The notes under the pieces: generated by a model
The model's database searches: none
Seen by the model: only the letters and a program-made list of their open reading frames with translations
What the model was told of the DNA's origin: nothing
Shown here: in pieces, positions 12,791 to 26,112 of the stretch
How positions within the stretch are numbered: position 1 is the stretch's first letter
How the letters are laid out: each line of letters begins with the position of its first letter
Source of the DNA: Malacoraja senta
Lineage: Eukaryota
Length of the DNA: 64,000 nucleotides
NCBI GenBank assembly: GCA_038087875.1
Contig: JAXLNO010000075.1
Coordinates: 1 to 64,000, forward strand
Reading direction: 5' to 3'
Made by a program: the position numbers and the translations under genes

Positions 12791-13098
12791 CTAAAACTAA
12801 AACTAACACAATCTGGCTTCCTCTGGTACCCTTCCAAATCCCAAAGACGTATGGGTTTGTAGGTTAATCGGCCTCTAGAGATAGCCCCAGGGAGTGAATG
12901 GGAAAGTGGGATAGCATAGAACTATAGTGTGAATGGGTGATCTATGGTCAGTATTGGCTGTGGGCCGAAGGGCCCATTTCCATCCTGTATCACTGAGCTA
13001 AACCATTAAGTGGTATCGTTCGAATCTACAACTAGTCTCGGAATGTTAAATCTCTGCACAGAAGTCGTGGCACTACTGTGGTCAAGGGAAAACCAGAA

Positions 13099-13445
13099 AC
13101 ACACACAGACACACACACACACACACACACACACAGATAGACAGACACACATACACACACACACACAATAGACAGACACACATACACACAGACAGAAACA
13201 CACACACACACACACAGACAGAGACACATACACACACACACAGACACACACACAAACACAGAGACGCACAGACACACAGACACACATACACAGACACGCA
13301 CACACACACACACATAGACAGACACAGACACACACAGACACACGCACACAGACACACACAGACACACAAACACACAGAGACACACACAGCCACATACAGA
13401 CACACATGCACACACACACACACACACACACACAGAAACACACAC
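13099..13445. repeat. Compound (CA)n/(CAGA)n microsatellite
   Basis: Seen directly; explains the Cys/Val ORFs. Confidence 0.97.
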
Positions 13446-15165
13446 CAATGTTAGCAGAAACCTGTGGAGGAGATTTTATTGCCAACTGGATGAGTTATAC
13501 ATGTCATTTGGCACCTAACTCTGAGAGAGAACATGTGCGTATTGAAGTGCTCGAGATAAGAGATCCTGATAATCTGACTCACTTGGGAAGGCAGATTCCA
13601 CATCAACCTAACCTTTGATTTTGCAGCAAAAGAACAACAGAGTGCTGGAGTAACTCAACGGGCCAGACAGCATCGCTGGAGAACATTGACTTATTTGTAG
13701 TTTGCATTTTTTGCAGTTTGTTTACATAGACATTTAGCACCAAGAGGAAAGGCAGGCAGCAACGGTTCAGTCTAGAGGAGGACTAATAATATTGTGCTTT
13801 CAAGACTGAAGGAAGTACAAGCTTATGTTTAAATAAAAGCGCGCTGAAGTAATTCAGCGGGTCAGGCAACATCTCTGAAGACAAATAGGCAGCATTTAGG
13901 TTCGAGACTTCTTCAGGCCTGTTCATCAATTATAGGAGCAGAATTAGGCCATGAGGCCCATCAAGTCTACTCCACCATTCGATCATGGCTGATCTATCTC
14001 TCCCTCTCAATCCCATTCTCCCCCCATCTCCCCATAACACCAGTACTGATCAAGAATTTGTCAATCTCCGCCTTTAAAATGTACGTTGGAGTATAGATTA
14101 ATTTAGAAGCAAGGAACTACAAATGCTGGTTTACAAAAAAAAAAGACACAATGTGCTGGAGTAACTCAGCAGGTCAGTTACCACCTCTGGAGAACATGGA
14201 GGTCACGTTTTGGGCCGAGACCTGAAATGTTGCATTGGTTTGTTCTGGAAAAGCCCAGATTCTAAATGAACGTCCAGCAAGTCTAGGTGTACCTTGAAAA
14301 TAGCTCCACTCTCAGTTGAAAGTAGGAACAGCATTCTAGTAATGTTAAGATAAACTGGAAATGTTTGGCACGTGAAGTTTAAAGACAGACTTGGAACCAA
14401 AGACAGCTAATGGTGGATTTTGCCATTAATCTTGTGCAAACCCATTACTATGCCCATGCCAAAAGTTTTCAAAGCTAAAATAAAATAAAACTAATTAACT
14501 GTGTTATGTCGGGTTTTTTCCAATGTGCCCATAACCGTTTTTACTTCAGGTTATTAATGTTATTATTATTAATGATCGTGTTATTAATTTGGTGTTCTGG
14601 CCATTTAGCTGCTGTAGTATCAACTTCAACACAAGTCATGACACAGTGGCACAGCAGTAGAGTTGCTGGAGGAAATGGATTACAGAGGTCATGGGGAAAA
14701 CGTACAAACTCCGCACAGACAGCACCCGTGGTCAGGATCGAACCCGGGACTCTTGCACTATAAGGCAGCAACTCTACCGCTGTGCCACCGTGCTGCCCAT
14801 TTAAAGGCCTCTAAAATGCCACTTATCTGCCTTCACCACCAGTTCTGGCAGTGCTTTCCAGGCACCCACAAACTTGTGTCTAAAAAAAGGTAGCTCTGAA
14901 CATCTTTAAATTATGCCCTTCTCTCCTTAAAGCTACGTCCTGTGGTCTTTGACATTTCCACACTGAGTAAAGGTGGCTAGAATATTTTGATTCAAAAGGT
15001 GACAGTGATTTCCTGCTATTGCGATAGATATCAGATTGTACATTTACACACTTCCAGCTTAAGGAAGCTTTTAGATTTATAATATAGAACATGCCGAACA
15101 GTGCAGGACAAGAACAGACCCTTCGGCCCACAATGTCCATGCCAAACACGATAGCAAGACCATTA

Positions 15166-15990
15166 TCTATATAATTAAACGTCTCATCTTGACCACTTCC
15201 ATCTATCTGCGCTGTATATTGATTTTAGAAAAAAAACGCTACCATATATTGCTATGATTTTTTGCCATCATACTCATAGTCCTCCTCTGCTGATCAGGCC
15301 CCATGGATTTTTCCCATAGATGAAAAATAAAAGAGTTATGAGTGTTTAAAAAACCTTGAGATGCTCTCGCCTGTCAATCGCTGCGATGAAGGTAACGCCC
15401 CTTCTGGGGGAGAAACGATAAAACCCCGGATACGTGGACATGCCTCACTCAGCAAGATTGTGAGGGAGATGCCACGACTACCATTCTAAGCTGTGAATCA
15501 AGTGAACTGTGAGTCTGCAATGTACTTGCAAAAAATGATTTGTTAGCCCTTAATGAAAATGAAATGAGTTGTTTGGCCTGCCCTGTGCTTGAAACTGCAA
15601 TGGCACTGGAAGTGAAATGAAAATGTAATCAGCTGTTTGGCTTGCCGTGCCCTGTCCTTAAAACTGCAATGGCAGTGGAAGTGAAATAAAAATGCAATCA
15701 GCTGTTTGGCTTGGCCTGCCCTGTTCATGAAACTGCAATGGCAGTGGAAGTGAAATGAAAATCCAATCAGCTGTTTGGCTTGGCCTGCCTGTCCTTGAAA
15801 CTGCAAAGGCAATGGAAGTTAAATGAAAATGCAATCAGCTGTTTGGCTTGGCCTGCCCTGTCCTTGAAACCGCAATGGCAATGGAAGTGAAATGAAAATG
15901 CAATCAGCTGTTTGGCTTGGCCTGCCCTGTCCTTGAAACTGCAATGGCAGTGGAAGTGAAATGAAAATGCAATAAGCTGTTTGGCTTGGC
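15166..15990 (+). mobile_element. Helitron-like non-autonomous element 5' part carrying a 69-bp tandem array (about 15550-15990, about 6 copies)
   Basis: Starts A|TCTATATAATTAAA (Helitron 5'-TC signature); unit CCCTGTCCTTGAAACTGCAATGGCAGTGGAAGTGAAATGAAAATGCAATCAGCTGTTTGGCTTGGCCTG; no 3' CTRR end seen. Confidence 0.55.
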
Positions 15991-16923
15991 CACAGACACT
16001 CTGGACCCATGATCCTCGTGGTCTTTGCAGCTTTTGCATAAGATGTCAAGCAGGCTTTACAAAAGCAGAAATCCTTGATTTTGTCAGGCACCCAAAATGC
16101 CCAATATTACCATGTGTAGGATGGGAAACTGGGTTAACTTAGGATTTGATTGGTGGACAGGTGATTATTGGTCTGTGCTGACCATGAGCTGAAGGGTCTG
16201 CTTCCACACTGTATCTTTAAACTAAATTAAACCTCTCACTCATTTAAACTGCAGCAAAAATAAGTCCAATTCACTAAATCTTTCCTCAAAAGACAGCTCT
16301 GTCATTCCATGAGACCAGAGGTGAAGATGGAAAAGTAAGTACAGTGAAGCAACACCATATGTAGCAAAGTGTATAATCTTGGAATCTTGGGAACTTTATT
16401 GTCATTCAATAGAAATGTCATTCGCCAGAAACCCCAAAATGTTTGTCAGTGGCCTTTCAACTCCTCCGATGAATCACTGGCTTCCTGAACGTGGAACTCA
16501 AGTAATCCAGAGGTCAATTTCAACCCCTGAATTTAAAAAGGTCACCGCAAAGTCTAATTGGTTCTGAAGCTGGGAGCAAAACACAAAGTGACTGAATGAA
16601 AGATATACATTCCAAACCTATGCCTTATACTACAACAGCTGGCTGGAGGAGTCAGCAAGAATTTAGATGAACTGAGGGAAAAACAATTATTACATGACAA
16701 GATTAAAATAACTGCAGAGATTAAGAGCAATGACAAACCATTATTTGTGAACTTTTATGGCTTTCTCTCACAAATACATGTTAACCTTTCACTTTCCTAT
16801 CTATATTTTCTTCAACAAATTAATTATGGATTTCTCTCACAAATACATATTAAGTTTCTTTTTTGTTTCCATAATATTTTCTTCAACAAATTAACGTCAA
16901 TATACATTTGATATATTCCTTAC

Positions 16924-17075
16924 CAGTCAATAATGTTGTTGTAAGCAATAATGCTGTTCTTTAAATATGGCTGGTGATTGATGCTACTTCCAAATGCATA
17001 TTTAAAATGGCCGTCACGTAAACGATATGATCCTCTCCTGGATATCACTGCCGTTCGGATGTCCTTCAGGTGATT
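16924..17075 (-). pseudogene. TADA1: TADA1 exon 6 homolog (152 nt)
   Basis: [50 protein letters not shown], compared with vertebrate [34 protein letters not shown] boundaries. Confidence 0.95.
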
Positions 17076-17524
17076 CTGGGGGACGTAGGATAATTTTTTG
17101 CAATTAAAACAGAATATGCTAGAAAACAGTAGTGACTCTGCAAAGGGAAACAAAGTTAAAGTGGAGGATTTTTCACATTCACTTTTAACCATTCTAATCC
17201 TTTAATAGAAACATAGAATATAGAAAATAGGTGCAGGAGGAGGCCATTCGGCCCTTCGAGCCAGCACCGCCATTCATTGTGATCATGGCTGATAATTCCC
17301 AATGAATAACCCGTGCCTGCCTTCAAATAATTTCAGGAGATGGTCCAGTGATTTTGTTTTCTCAATTCCCTTTGAGGGCAGCTGGTAGAGTGAATGCAAA
17401 AGTGGGACGGCAAATGTGAACGGGTGATCAATGGTCGGTGTGGACTCGGTAGGCGAAGGGCCAGTTTCCATGTTGTACCTTTATTACCTAATATGTTATT
17501 GAGTTTTCTTCACATTATTTACTT

Positions 17525-17675
17525 AGTATTTGGTTGTGTTAGTTGGGCTAGTATTATGTTGTGTTAGTTGGGCTAGTATTATGTTGTGTTAGTTGGGCTA
17601 GTATTATGTTGTGTTGGTTGGGCTAGTATATGTTGTGTTAGTTGGGCTAGTATTATGTTGTGTTAGTTGGGATAG
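17525..17675. repeat. 25-bp tandem repeat, about 6 copies
   Basis: Unit TATTATGTTGTGTTAGTTGGGCTAG. Confidence 0.92.
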
Positions 17676-18654
17676 TCCTGTAATCTTCCCAAAGCCGTAT
17701 TTACTTTAATTTAGTTTATTATCATTTGTACTGAGGTACGGTGAAATGTTTTTTTGTTGCCTGCTATCCAGTCAGTGAAAAGACTATCAATTTTACATCG
17801 GCAACTAAAGATACAGAACTGAAACTTGTAGGCTGCTGGTGTTCTCTCTGAGCTATGAATCCCTGTCCCCAACTTGCAGGGAAACAAGCTATGTATCTGA
17901 AAAGACAGGACCCAGAGTGGCAGCATGCATCGTGGGCAGGTCTCAACAACCCTACTCACAAATCAGATAAAATAAAACTCTGATTTAGACTTGAGATACA
18001 GTGCGGAAACAGGTCCTTCAGTCCACTGAGTTAGCGCCGACCAGCATTTAACTCCTTACACTAGCACTATCCTACACACTAGGGACAATTTACAATTTTT
18101 ACCGAAGCCAATTAATCTAGAAACCTGTATGTCTTTGGAATGTGGGAGGAAACCAGAACACCCGGAGAAAACCCACACAGTCACGGGGAGAACATACAAA
18201 CTTCTACAGACGGCACCTGTAGTCAGTATTGAACCCAGGTCTTTGACGTGATAAGACAGCAGCTCTACCACTGTGCCGCCCTAATATCTGATAACTAGCA
18301 AGACAGCGCTCCAGCTTTTCTTGTTGTCAAGGACATGGAAAGATTTTGATTTCCCTGACATTTAGAAGCATTCAAAAATAAATTATACAAAACATTTTAA
18401 AATATATACTAATTCCTTGATGTATGAAAGCTCACTACAAATTCTCACTGAAATGCCTTTGGCTCTTTGGGTTACAAGTCTTCAATATGCCATGTTATCT
18501 TTCGTTATATCAAATGGCATGTATAAAATACGCTGTACCAAATGTAACAAGCATTTCACTATGGATCACAGCACTCTTGGCATTCTCCCACTCCATTGTG
18601 TTGTCAAAGGGATTACTCTGCTCTGTAAGTAACTGAATTATTCCCCTGCATATT

Positions 18655-19135
18655 GTAGACACAAAATGCTGGAGTAACTCAGCAGGACAGGCAGTATCTC
18701 TGGAGAGAAGGAATGGGCGACATTTCGGGTCGAGACCCTTCTTCAGACTGATGTCAGGGGAGCGAGTGAGACAGAGATAGTATGTAGTTGGAGACAGTAA
18801 GACTGGTGGAAGAACTGGGAAGGGGAAGGAGATGGAGAGAGAGGGAAAGCAAGGGCTATTTGAAGTTAGAGGAGTCAATGTTCATGCCGCTTGGGTGTAA
18901 GCTGCCCAAGCGAAATATGAGGTGCTGTTCCTCCAATTTGCGCTGGGCCTCATTCTGACAATGGAGGAGGCCCAGGCCAGAAAGGTCAGATTGGGAATGG
19001 GAGGGGGAGTTAAAGTGTTGAGCAACCGGGAGATCAGGTAAGTTAAGGCGGACTGAGCGGAGGTGTTCAGCGAAACAATCGTCGAGCCTGCGCTTGGTCT
19101 CACCGATGTACAGAAGTTGACACCAGGAACAGCTT
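18655..19135 (-). mobile_element. Penelope-like element 3' fragment with hammerhead-like core at 18718-18748
   Basis: Minus strand has a RKLEEQHLIFRLGSLHPSGMNIDSS GIY-YIG tail and CTGAAGAAGGGTCTCGACCCGAAATGTC. Confidence 0.8.
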
Positions 19136-19674
19136 TCCTACACACCACGCATATTGTGTTCCCCTCATAATAGCTTTAAAAGCCCCAGCAGTTCCAAAGA
19201 AGTCGCTTTCACCAAGAAATCGCAGTAATAAACATGCTGGAAGTAATTAACAAAAGTAAATAGGTGGACATTAGTTGTAGAAATACAGCATGGAAACAAG
19301 CCCTTCAACCCACTGTGTTCACACCAACCATCGATCACCCGTTCACACTAGTTCCATGTTATCCGACTTTCTCATCCACTCCCAACACACTGAAGGATCT
19401 TTACAGAGGGCCAAATAACCTACAAATCCGCACGTCATAGGGATGTGGGAGGAAACTGGAACACTCGGTGGAAAACCACAGGGTGAATGTGCAAACTACA
19501 CACATCTGAAGTCAGGATCAAACCCGGGTCTCTTGTGCTGAGGCCAGAGCTATTCATTACATCTTGCAGTATCATCAGTGCAAGCTTGCCTTAACAGCAC
19601 TGAGAAAAGAAAACTTAATATAAATAAGTTACCATTTTAGTGATTCAAATTGAAGATGACCAAAGACCAAATAT

Positions 19675-20400
19675 TCAGAGTATTGTGTTCAGTTCTGGGC
19701 ACCATGTTAGCGATGAAGAGGTGGGGCCTCGTGGACAGCACCTCCTGCGAGTGTGGGGACCCAACACAGACAGTGGAACACATAGTCACCAGTTGACCCA
19801 AACGCCGGCCACCGAATGGTGAACGAGGTCTGATTGACCTGGACGATGACACGTTGGCCTGGCTCGCCTCAACGGAGCTGCAGGTCTAAAAGACACACAA
19901 CAGAAGAAGAAGAAGGCACCATGTTATAGGAAAGGGTACAGAGAGATTTTACAAGAATGTTGCCAGGACTCAAGGGTCTAAGCTATAGGGAGAGGTTGAG
20001 TTGTTCGGGACTCTATTCCCTGAAGCGCAGGAGGATGAGGGGTGATCTTGTAGAGGTGTATAAAATCATGAGAGGAATGGATCGGGTAGATGCACAGAGT
20101 CTCTTGCCCAGAGTCGGGGAATCGAGGACCAGAGGACATAGGTTTACGGTGAAGGGGAAAAGATTTAATATAAATCTGAGACGTAACTTTTTCAAACAAA
20201 GGGTTGTTTATATGTATGGAACAAGCTGCCGGAGGAGGTATTTGAGGTTTAAGAAGCAGTTAGACAGGTACATGGATAGGACAGTTTTGGAGGGATATGG
20301 ACCAAACACAAGGATGTGGGACTAGTGTAGGTGGGACATGTTGGCCGATGTGGCCAAGTTAGGCCTGTTTCCACACTGTATCACTCCGTGACTGTGCGAC
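19675..20400 (+). mobile_element. CR1 LINE 3' fragment interrupted by an RTE-type insertion
   Basis: EYCVQFWAP...MLPGLKGLSYRERL...RRRMRGDLVEVYKIM. Confidence 0.88.
19710..19914 (+). mobile_element. Short RTE/RTE-X-type LINE 3' end
   Basis: KRWGLVDSTSCECGDPTQTVEHIV zinc-finger tail, (AAG)n 3' tail, 12-bp TSD GGCACCATGTTA (19698-19709, 19915-19926). Confidence 0.75.
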
Positions 20401-21902
20401 TATAAGCTGTAATTGAAGGAGTCTGCAAGGCTCATTAGAATTATTGGAAAAGGGAGATTAGAACAAGGGTAGGATCTCTAAAATCACATGGCCAATGTGA
20501 TAGGAGTAGAATTAGGCCATTTGGCCCATCATGGCTGATCTATCTCTCCCTCCAACCCCATACTCCTGCCGTCTCCCCATAACCTCTAACACCTGTACTA
20601 ATCAAGAATATATCTATCTCTGCCTTAAACATATCCACTGATTTGGCAAAGAATTCCACAGATTCACCGCCCTCTGACTAAAGAAATTTCCACATTAAAA
20701 TAACATCCTTTAATTCTGAGGCTATGACCTCTAGTCCTAGACTCTCCCACTCGTGGAAACATCCTCTCCACATCCACTCGATCCAAGCCTTTCACTACTC
20801 TATATGTTTCAATGTGGTTGCCCCTTATTCTTCTAATCTCAAATCAAAGTGGTTAACAGTGAGCTGATGAGTTATCGGGATCATGTACAAGTTAGGATGA
20901 TGATAATAGATTCTTAGAGGGTAGAAGACAGAGTTTATTCCAAAACATTGCTGGAGTAACTCAGTGGGACAGGCAGCATCTCTGGAGAAAATGAATAGGT
21001 GACATTTCAGGTCAAGACTTTTCTTCAGATCCGAAACGTCACTTCCCCCTGTTCTCCAGAGAAGCTGCCTGCCCCGCTGATTTACTCCAGCACCTTGTGT
21101 CTATTTTTGTAAACCAGCATCTGCAGTTCCTTGTGTTTCCATTTATCCAGAAACATTTTGGAATACCAGGTCTAAGTGTTACAAAGAGGTAGCAGATGAG
21201 ATGAGTTGAGATGGAGTGAGGCAAGTGATGGAGAGAAAAATGTCGGCAATGATGACAGGGATATACGGTTCAAAGCCCGTTCAGTTTAACCAGCACCTTC
21301 AGTTCCTTCCGACAAATTCAGTTTAACCAGGGTAACAACATCCCCAACAGTCAGGTTAACTGTCAAATGGTTACCAGAGAGAAGGATGGCATTGGTGGCA
21401 ATTTAAAAGAAACTGCGGCAGCGAACTAAAGTCATAACTTTGGTCTTCCCAGCACCCAGGGGAAGAAAACGTAGATTTATTTAGTTTAGTTTAGAGATAG
21501 AACACATAAACAGGCCATTTTGCCCACCAAGTCCGTGTTGACCAGCAATCACCCCATACACGAACACTATCCTGCACACTAGAGACTATTTACTGCAGCC
21601 AAGTTAACCTGCAAACATGTACATCTTTGGAGTGTGGGAGGAAACTGGGGCAGCCGGAGAAAACCCACATGGTCACGGGGAGAAGTTACAAACTGTACGG
21701 ACAGCACCTGTGGCCAGGATCAAACCTGGGTCTCTGGAGCTGTAAGGCAGTAACTCTACTGCTGCGCCACTGTGCTGCCCAGCTTTACTGCTAGTACATG
21801 GGAGACAGATGATGCTGCAGTATAGCAGGATGCAACTCGGGTTAAGTGAACAAGAACCGAAATATGTTTGTAATGAAATAAAACTGAACATTAATGCAGT
21901 AC

Positions 21903-22112
21903 CTCCAATGCATGCACCACTGCCACCGCCGCATCTTCAGAAACATTATCCAACCCACATTCAAATGCTGTTACGAACATCCGGCCTTCTAATTGCCCTC
22001 TTGTGGGAAGCACCATGGTGTGAGTGCAAAACTTCACATCATCTTCCTCTTGGGGATCCTTCATCACAAAGTTCTGTACCCCAGACAAAGGTTTCTGTGC
22101 TTGGAAACGATG
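21903..22112 (-). pseudogene. TADA1: TADA1 exon 5 homolog (210 nt)
   Basis: [74 protein letters not shown] boundaries. Confidence 0.96.
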
Positions 22113-23925
22113 CTGAAGGAAGATGCAAGCACTTGAGCAAAAAGCTTCATGAAATATGAAAACTATCGGATTTCTAAATTAAATGATATGTTTACACACG
22201 CATTTTCTACTGAAAATAAATGGGATCTGATCCTGGCATTAACTTGACAAAAAATGATCAAGTACAATGTTATTCCAAAGTTGCTATTTATAAGCAATTC
22301 TAACATTATCTCCATTGTAGATGGACCAGGGCAATGTTTGGCTGAATGTTGCTGGATCTGGGTCACTGCCCACATATACTGACCTGTGGAGCCCCATTCC
22401 TATTAATCTTCTGTACCCATGAATCAGGCTACAAGGTATGTGTTCATAAGGGATAGGAACAGAATTAGGTCAGTCTGCCCATCATGTGTACTCCACCGTT
22501 CAATCATGGTTGATCTAACTCCCTCCTAACCTCACCTCCATAACCGCTGTCACCTGTCTAAACAAGAATCGATCTACATTTGCCTTCAAAATATCCATTG
22601 ACTTGGACCTCACAGCCTCCTGTGGCAATGAATTGCACAGATTCACCACCCCCTGACTATAGCAAGATTCAGATAGTATTTCTGCTGGACCCCCTGCCCA
22701 TTAACCCCGTCCCATGCATCCCCTCCCCTATAACCCCCCCCCTCCACTGAGCCCATCTTGCACCCATCTCTCTCCCCCCCCCTCCATTCCAACACACCTC
22801 GTCAATCCTCTAGCTTCACAATTCGCAACTCACTGATCCTTTTATTTTGCTCCTTGTACGTGATCATCTCTGGCCTTTGTCCAACCATCTGCCCATCACT
22901 AACCAGCCTCGCCTGTGTTCACCTATGACCTACCATGCTTTGTCCTGCCCCTCCACTCTTCTGGCTTCCTTCCTCCCACACCTACAATCAGTCTGAAAAA
23001 GAGTCCAGACCCGAAACGCCACCTCTCCATGCTCTCCAGAGATGCCACCCGCCCACTGAGTTACTCCAGCACTGTCTTTTTCCTCAGGAGCCTCTGATGT
23101 TCAGAGACATTATTCATAGGTTCAAGTAGCAGGATTAGACAATTCAGCCCGTCGAGTCAACTGTGCCATTCAATCATGGCTGACCTTTCCTTCCCTCTCA
23201 ACACCATTCTCCTGCTTTCTCCCCATAACTCTTGATAGCCCTACCCATCAAGTATCTGTCACTTCTCCACCTTAAAAATACCTTGAATGGGATGTGATTC
23301 GGCTATGAAAATGTGAGTCTTTCAATCTTTAAAAGCCATGGATTGGGTTAAATAGCCATCATCAGAGCATGTTTTGGTTGTAATTATCGATGTTAATTAT
23401 TTAAAAAGTTGATGTAAATAATTGGAAAAAAAACTAGTTAACCAAAACTAACTAACCAAAACGCATTAAAACAAACACACCTCCATAAATACATTGTTAA
23501 TTAATAAGATCTTTTGTCTTCCCATCCTCCAGGCCTGGAAACCAACTAAAGCCTCCAACTACATAACCAAGATGAAGATATGCTAGGGGACTAAAATCTG
23601 CTGCTTTTATTATTTAAACTGTAAAGATTTTTATTTAGTGACCATTGTTAAATGGTAACACAATGCTGATAAAAACATAATAACACTTTCTTCTTTTGCA
23701 TGCTTTTTTGCCCTCAATCATCCCTTTATAGTCATACAGCGTGGAAACAGAACCAACTTGCCCACGCCGACAACATTCCATCATTATTCATCCACGGAGT
23801 ATCAGCAGTCTTTAGTTTGTTCTTTTTAATTACGTGAAACTAAAATAATGTTACCAAAACGTCTTCCAAAACGAGCTCGGCAAGTAGCCAAAAGAAGAAT
23901 CATCGTCGGCTTGAGAGTAACTCAC

Positions 23926-24024
23926 TTCAAACTTTGCTCGGGGAGGATGGGAACTTTTTTTTGCTTTTAGGTTTACCGGGTTTAGCAGCCGATTGACTGT
24001 TCCATAGTTGAGAGGATATACCTT
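23926..24024 (-). pseudogene. TADA1: TADA1 exon 4 homolog, 99 nt with a +1 frameshift
   Basis: EGISSQLWNSQSAAKPGKPKSKKKFPSS then RAKFE in the shifted frame. Phases of exons 3 and 5 require 98 nt; as written the frame hits TGA at the exon end. Confidence 0.9.
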
Positions 24025-24256
24025 CTGTAATGTGAACAGTTCAAAGGCAGTATGAGTTGGCTTCATTTCTTAAGAGTCACTCGTAGTCTTTGCGAATGTT
24101 GTTGATAAATTTATCCTGCGGGTTGCACAGGACATTTAACAGCAGCTGTCTATCAGATCAAGGCAATTTAATGTGAACAAAATGCATGGCACGTCCCACA
24201 TTCCCCACATGATTTAATAAAAAGGAGGAAAGTCCCGCAACACTGCTCCTGTGAAA

Positions 24257-24720
24257 TAGGGTGACAGGAATGAGTGGGATAGCATATGATGAGCGTTTAA
24301 TGGCACTGGGCCTCTACTCGCTGGAGTTTAGAAGGATTAAGGGGGGGACCTCATTGAAACTTACCAAATAGTGAAAAGCCTGAATTGAGTGGATGTGGAG
24401 AGGATGTTTTCACTGGTGGGAGAGTACAAGTCCAGAGGTCATAGCCTCAGAATTAAAGGACGTTCCTTTAGGAAGGAGATGAGGAGGAATTTAGTTAGTC
24501 AGAGGATGGTGAATCTGTAGAATTCATTGCCACTGAAGGCTGTGGAGGCTGTCAATAGATATGTTTAAGGCAGAGATAGATAGATTATTGATTAGGGTAC
24601 AGGTGTTAGGGGTTCTGGGGAGAAGGCAGGAGAATGGGGTTAGGAGGGAGAGATGGATCAGCCATGATCGGAGTAAACTTGATGAGCCGAATGAACAAAT
24701 TCTGCTCCTATCAGTTATGA
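24257..24720 (+). mobile_element. CR1 LINE 3' fragment
   Basis: ALGLYSLEFRR...GHSLRIKGRSFRKEMRRN, degenerate. Confidence 0.85.
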
Positions 24721-25367
24721 AGGGTGGAGACTGGGATGATTGAATGATAAGTGTGCAGGTGTCAGCTGAGAGAACAGAGAAATGGCTAGTAGACATAGAA
24801 GTAGAAACAAGGAACTGCACCCGTTGGTTTAACAAAAAAGAGACACACTGTCGGAGTAACTCAGCGTCTCAGGCAGCATCCATGGAGAACATGGATAGGT
24901 GACATTTCCGGTCGGGACCCTTCTTCAGGCTGATCTTTGTTACATCTCCCAGATATACCGATTGATATTCACTAGCCTTTGCCCTGTTCTATCAGCTAAC
25001 AGCACCACTTATATCATTCACTTATTCTCAGTCTCCACCCAAGAGCACAGGTGCAGGGCGGAAGAACTTTCCTCCATTTTATTAAATAATGTCGTGAATG
25101 TTCATGCATCATTTTGTAAGAAACATAAGATCACTGAAAAATGAGACGGCCAGAATGGGAGGAGTTATAAATGTAAAGGTTGAAGAATAGAGAAGAGCAA
25201 AGACAGGGAGGGATTTGAAAAGGTCGATAAGAATTTTAATTCGCCACATCTCAATTAGAAGCCCAAAGCCCATAAGCAGAGGGATAAAGACACACCATGA
25301 GTTAGGAGAAGCACTAAAACAGATAAGTATTGGGTATTTTTGTAGAAAGTATTAAAATCTCATTTAC

Positions 25368-25433
25368 CTGGAGCTGAAACCATAATCTGACATCTCGTGA
25401 AGATCGCAAGCAAGAAGTCATTATGAGAATGCA
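25368..25433 (-). pseudogene. TADA1: TADA1 exon 3 homolog (66 nt)
   Basis: VHSHNDFLLAIFTRCQIMVSAP, compared with vertebrate VHSHNDFLLAILTRCQ; TTTGCAG acceptor and GTAAAT donor. Confidence 0.95.
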
Positions 25434-26112
25434 CTGCAAAACAAAAATGAGTTGTTCCTTTAGTAATTTCATGCTTAATCCACCACAGTTTAGAACCACG
25501 TCTGTGGTAATCCAAGACCAAAACGGTTGTCAATGCAAAAAAAAGATGAGCAACCTCGTCACTTTTCCCTGCTATCTCAAAATTATTTGATTTTCATGTA
25601 CAAATCTAATTCAATTAAAAAAGTTAATACTGAATCTATTGTCTCCAATCATTTAGGGATTTGGCTGCAGTGAGACTGCCCTTGCTACATCTAGCCTCAC
25701 GATCAACATTGTTCACCTAAACTATCCAAACATTTCGGATGGTTGAGCTGAACATTAGCTAAATACATTTCACAGTGAATCCCCACATGCAACATAGAGA
25801 GAAGATACCTCATCAGTCCGGTGGGTTGTTCATCAAGTTTACTCCAGCTGATTTAAGTTACTGTATTACGGTACGATAATACTTTAAACATCCGTGGGAG
25901 GAAATTGGGATGTCACCTGCCACATGGAAAATACTCTTGCTTAGTTTATTGTCACGTGTACTGAGGTACAGTGAAGAGCTTTTGTTGCGTGCTAACCAGT
26001 CAGCGGAAAGACAATATATGATTACAATCCAGTCATCCAGTGTAGATACATGATAAAGGAAATAACATTTACTGCAAGATAATGTCCTGTAAAGCCCAAG
26101 TAAAGATAGTCT

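Noticed and set aside
13006..13485. Cys/Val-rich ORFs
   Set aside because: (TG)n microsatellite
16554..16671. Possible TADA1 exon 7 after a good acceptor (TTTTTCCCTCAG), in frame with exon 6
   Set aside because: The translation SSKFLLTPPASCCSIRH... lacks the conserved DDAEQQAA motif; at most a cryptic terminal exon. No exon 7 or 8 was recognised in the window
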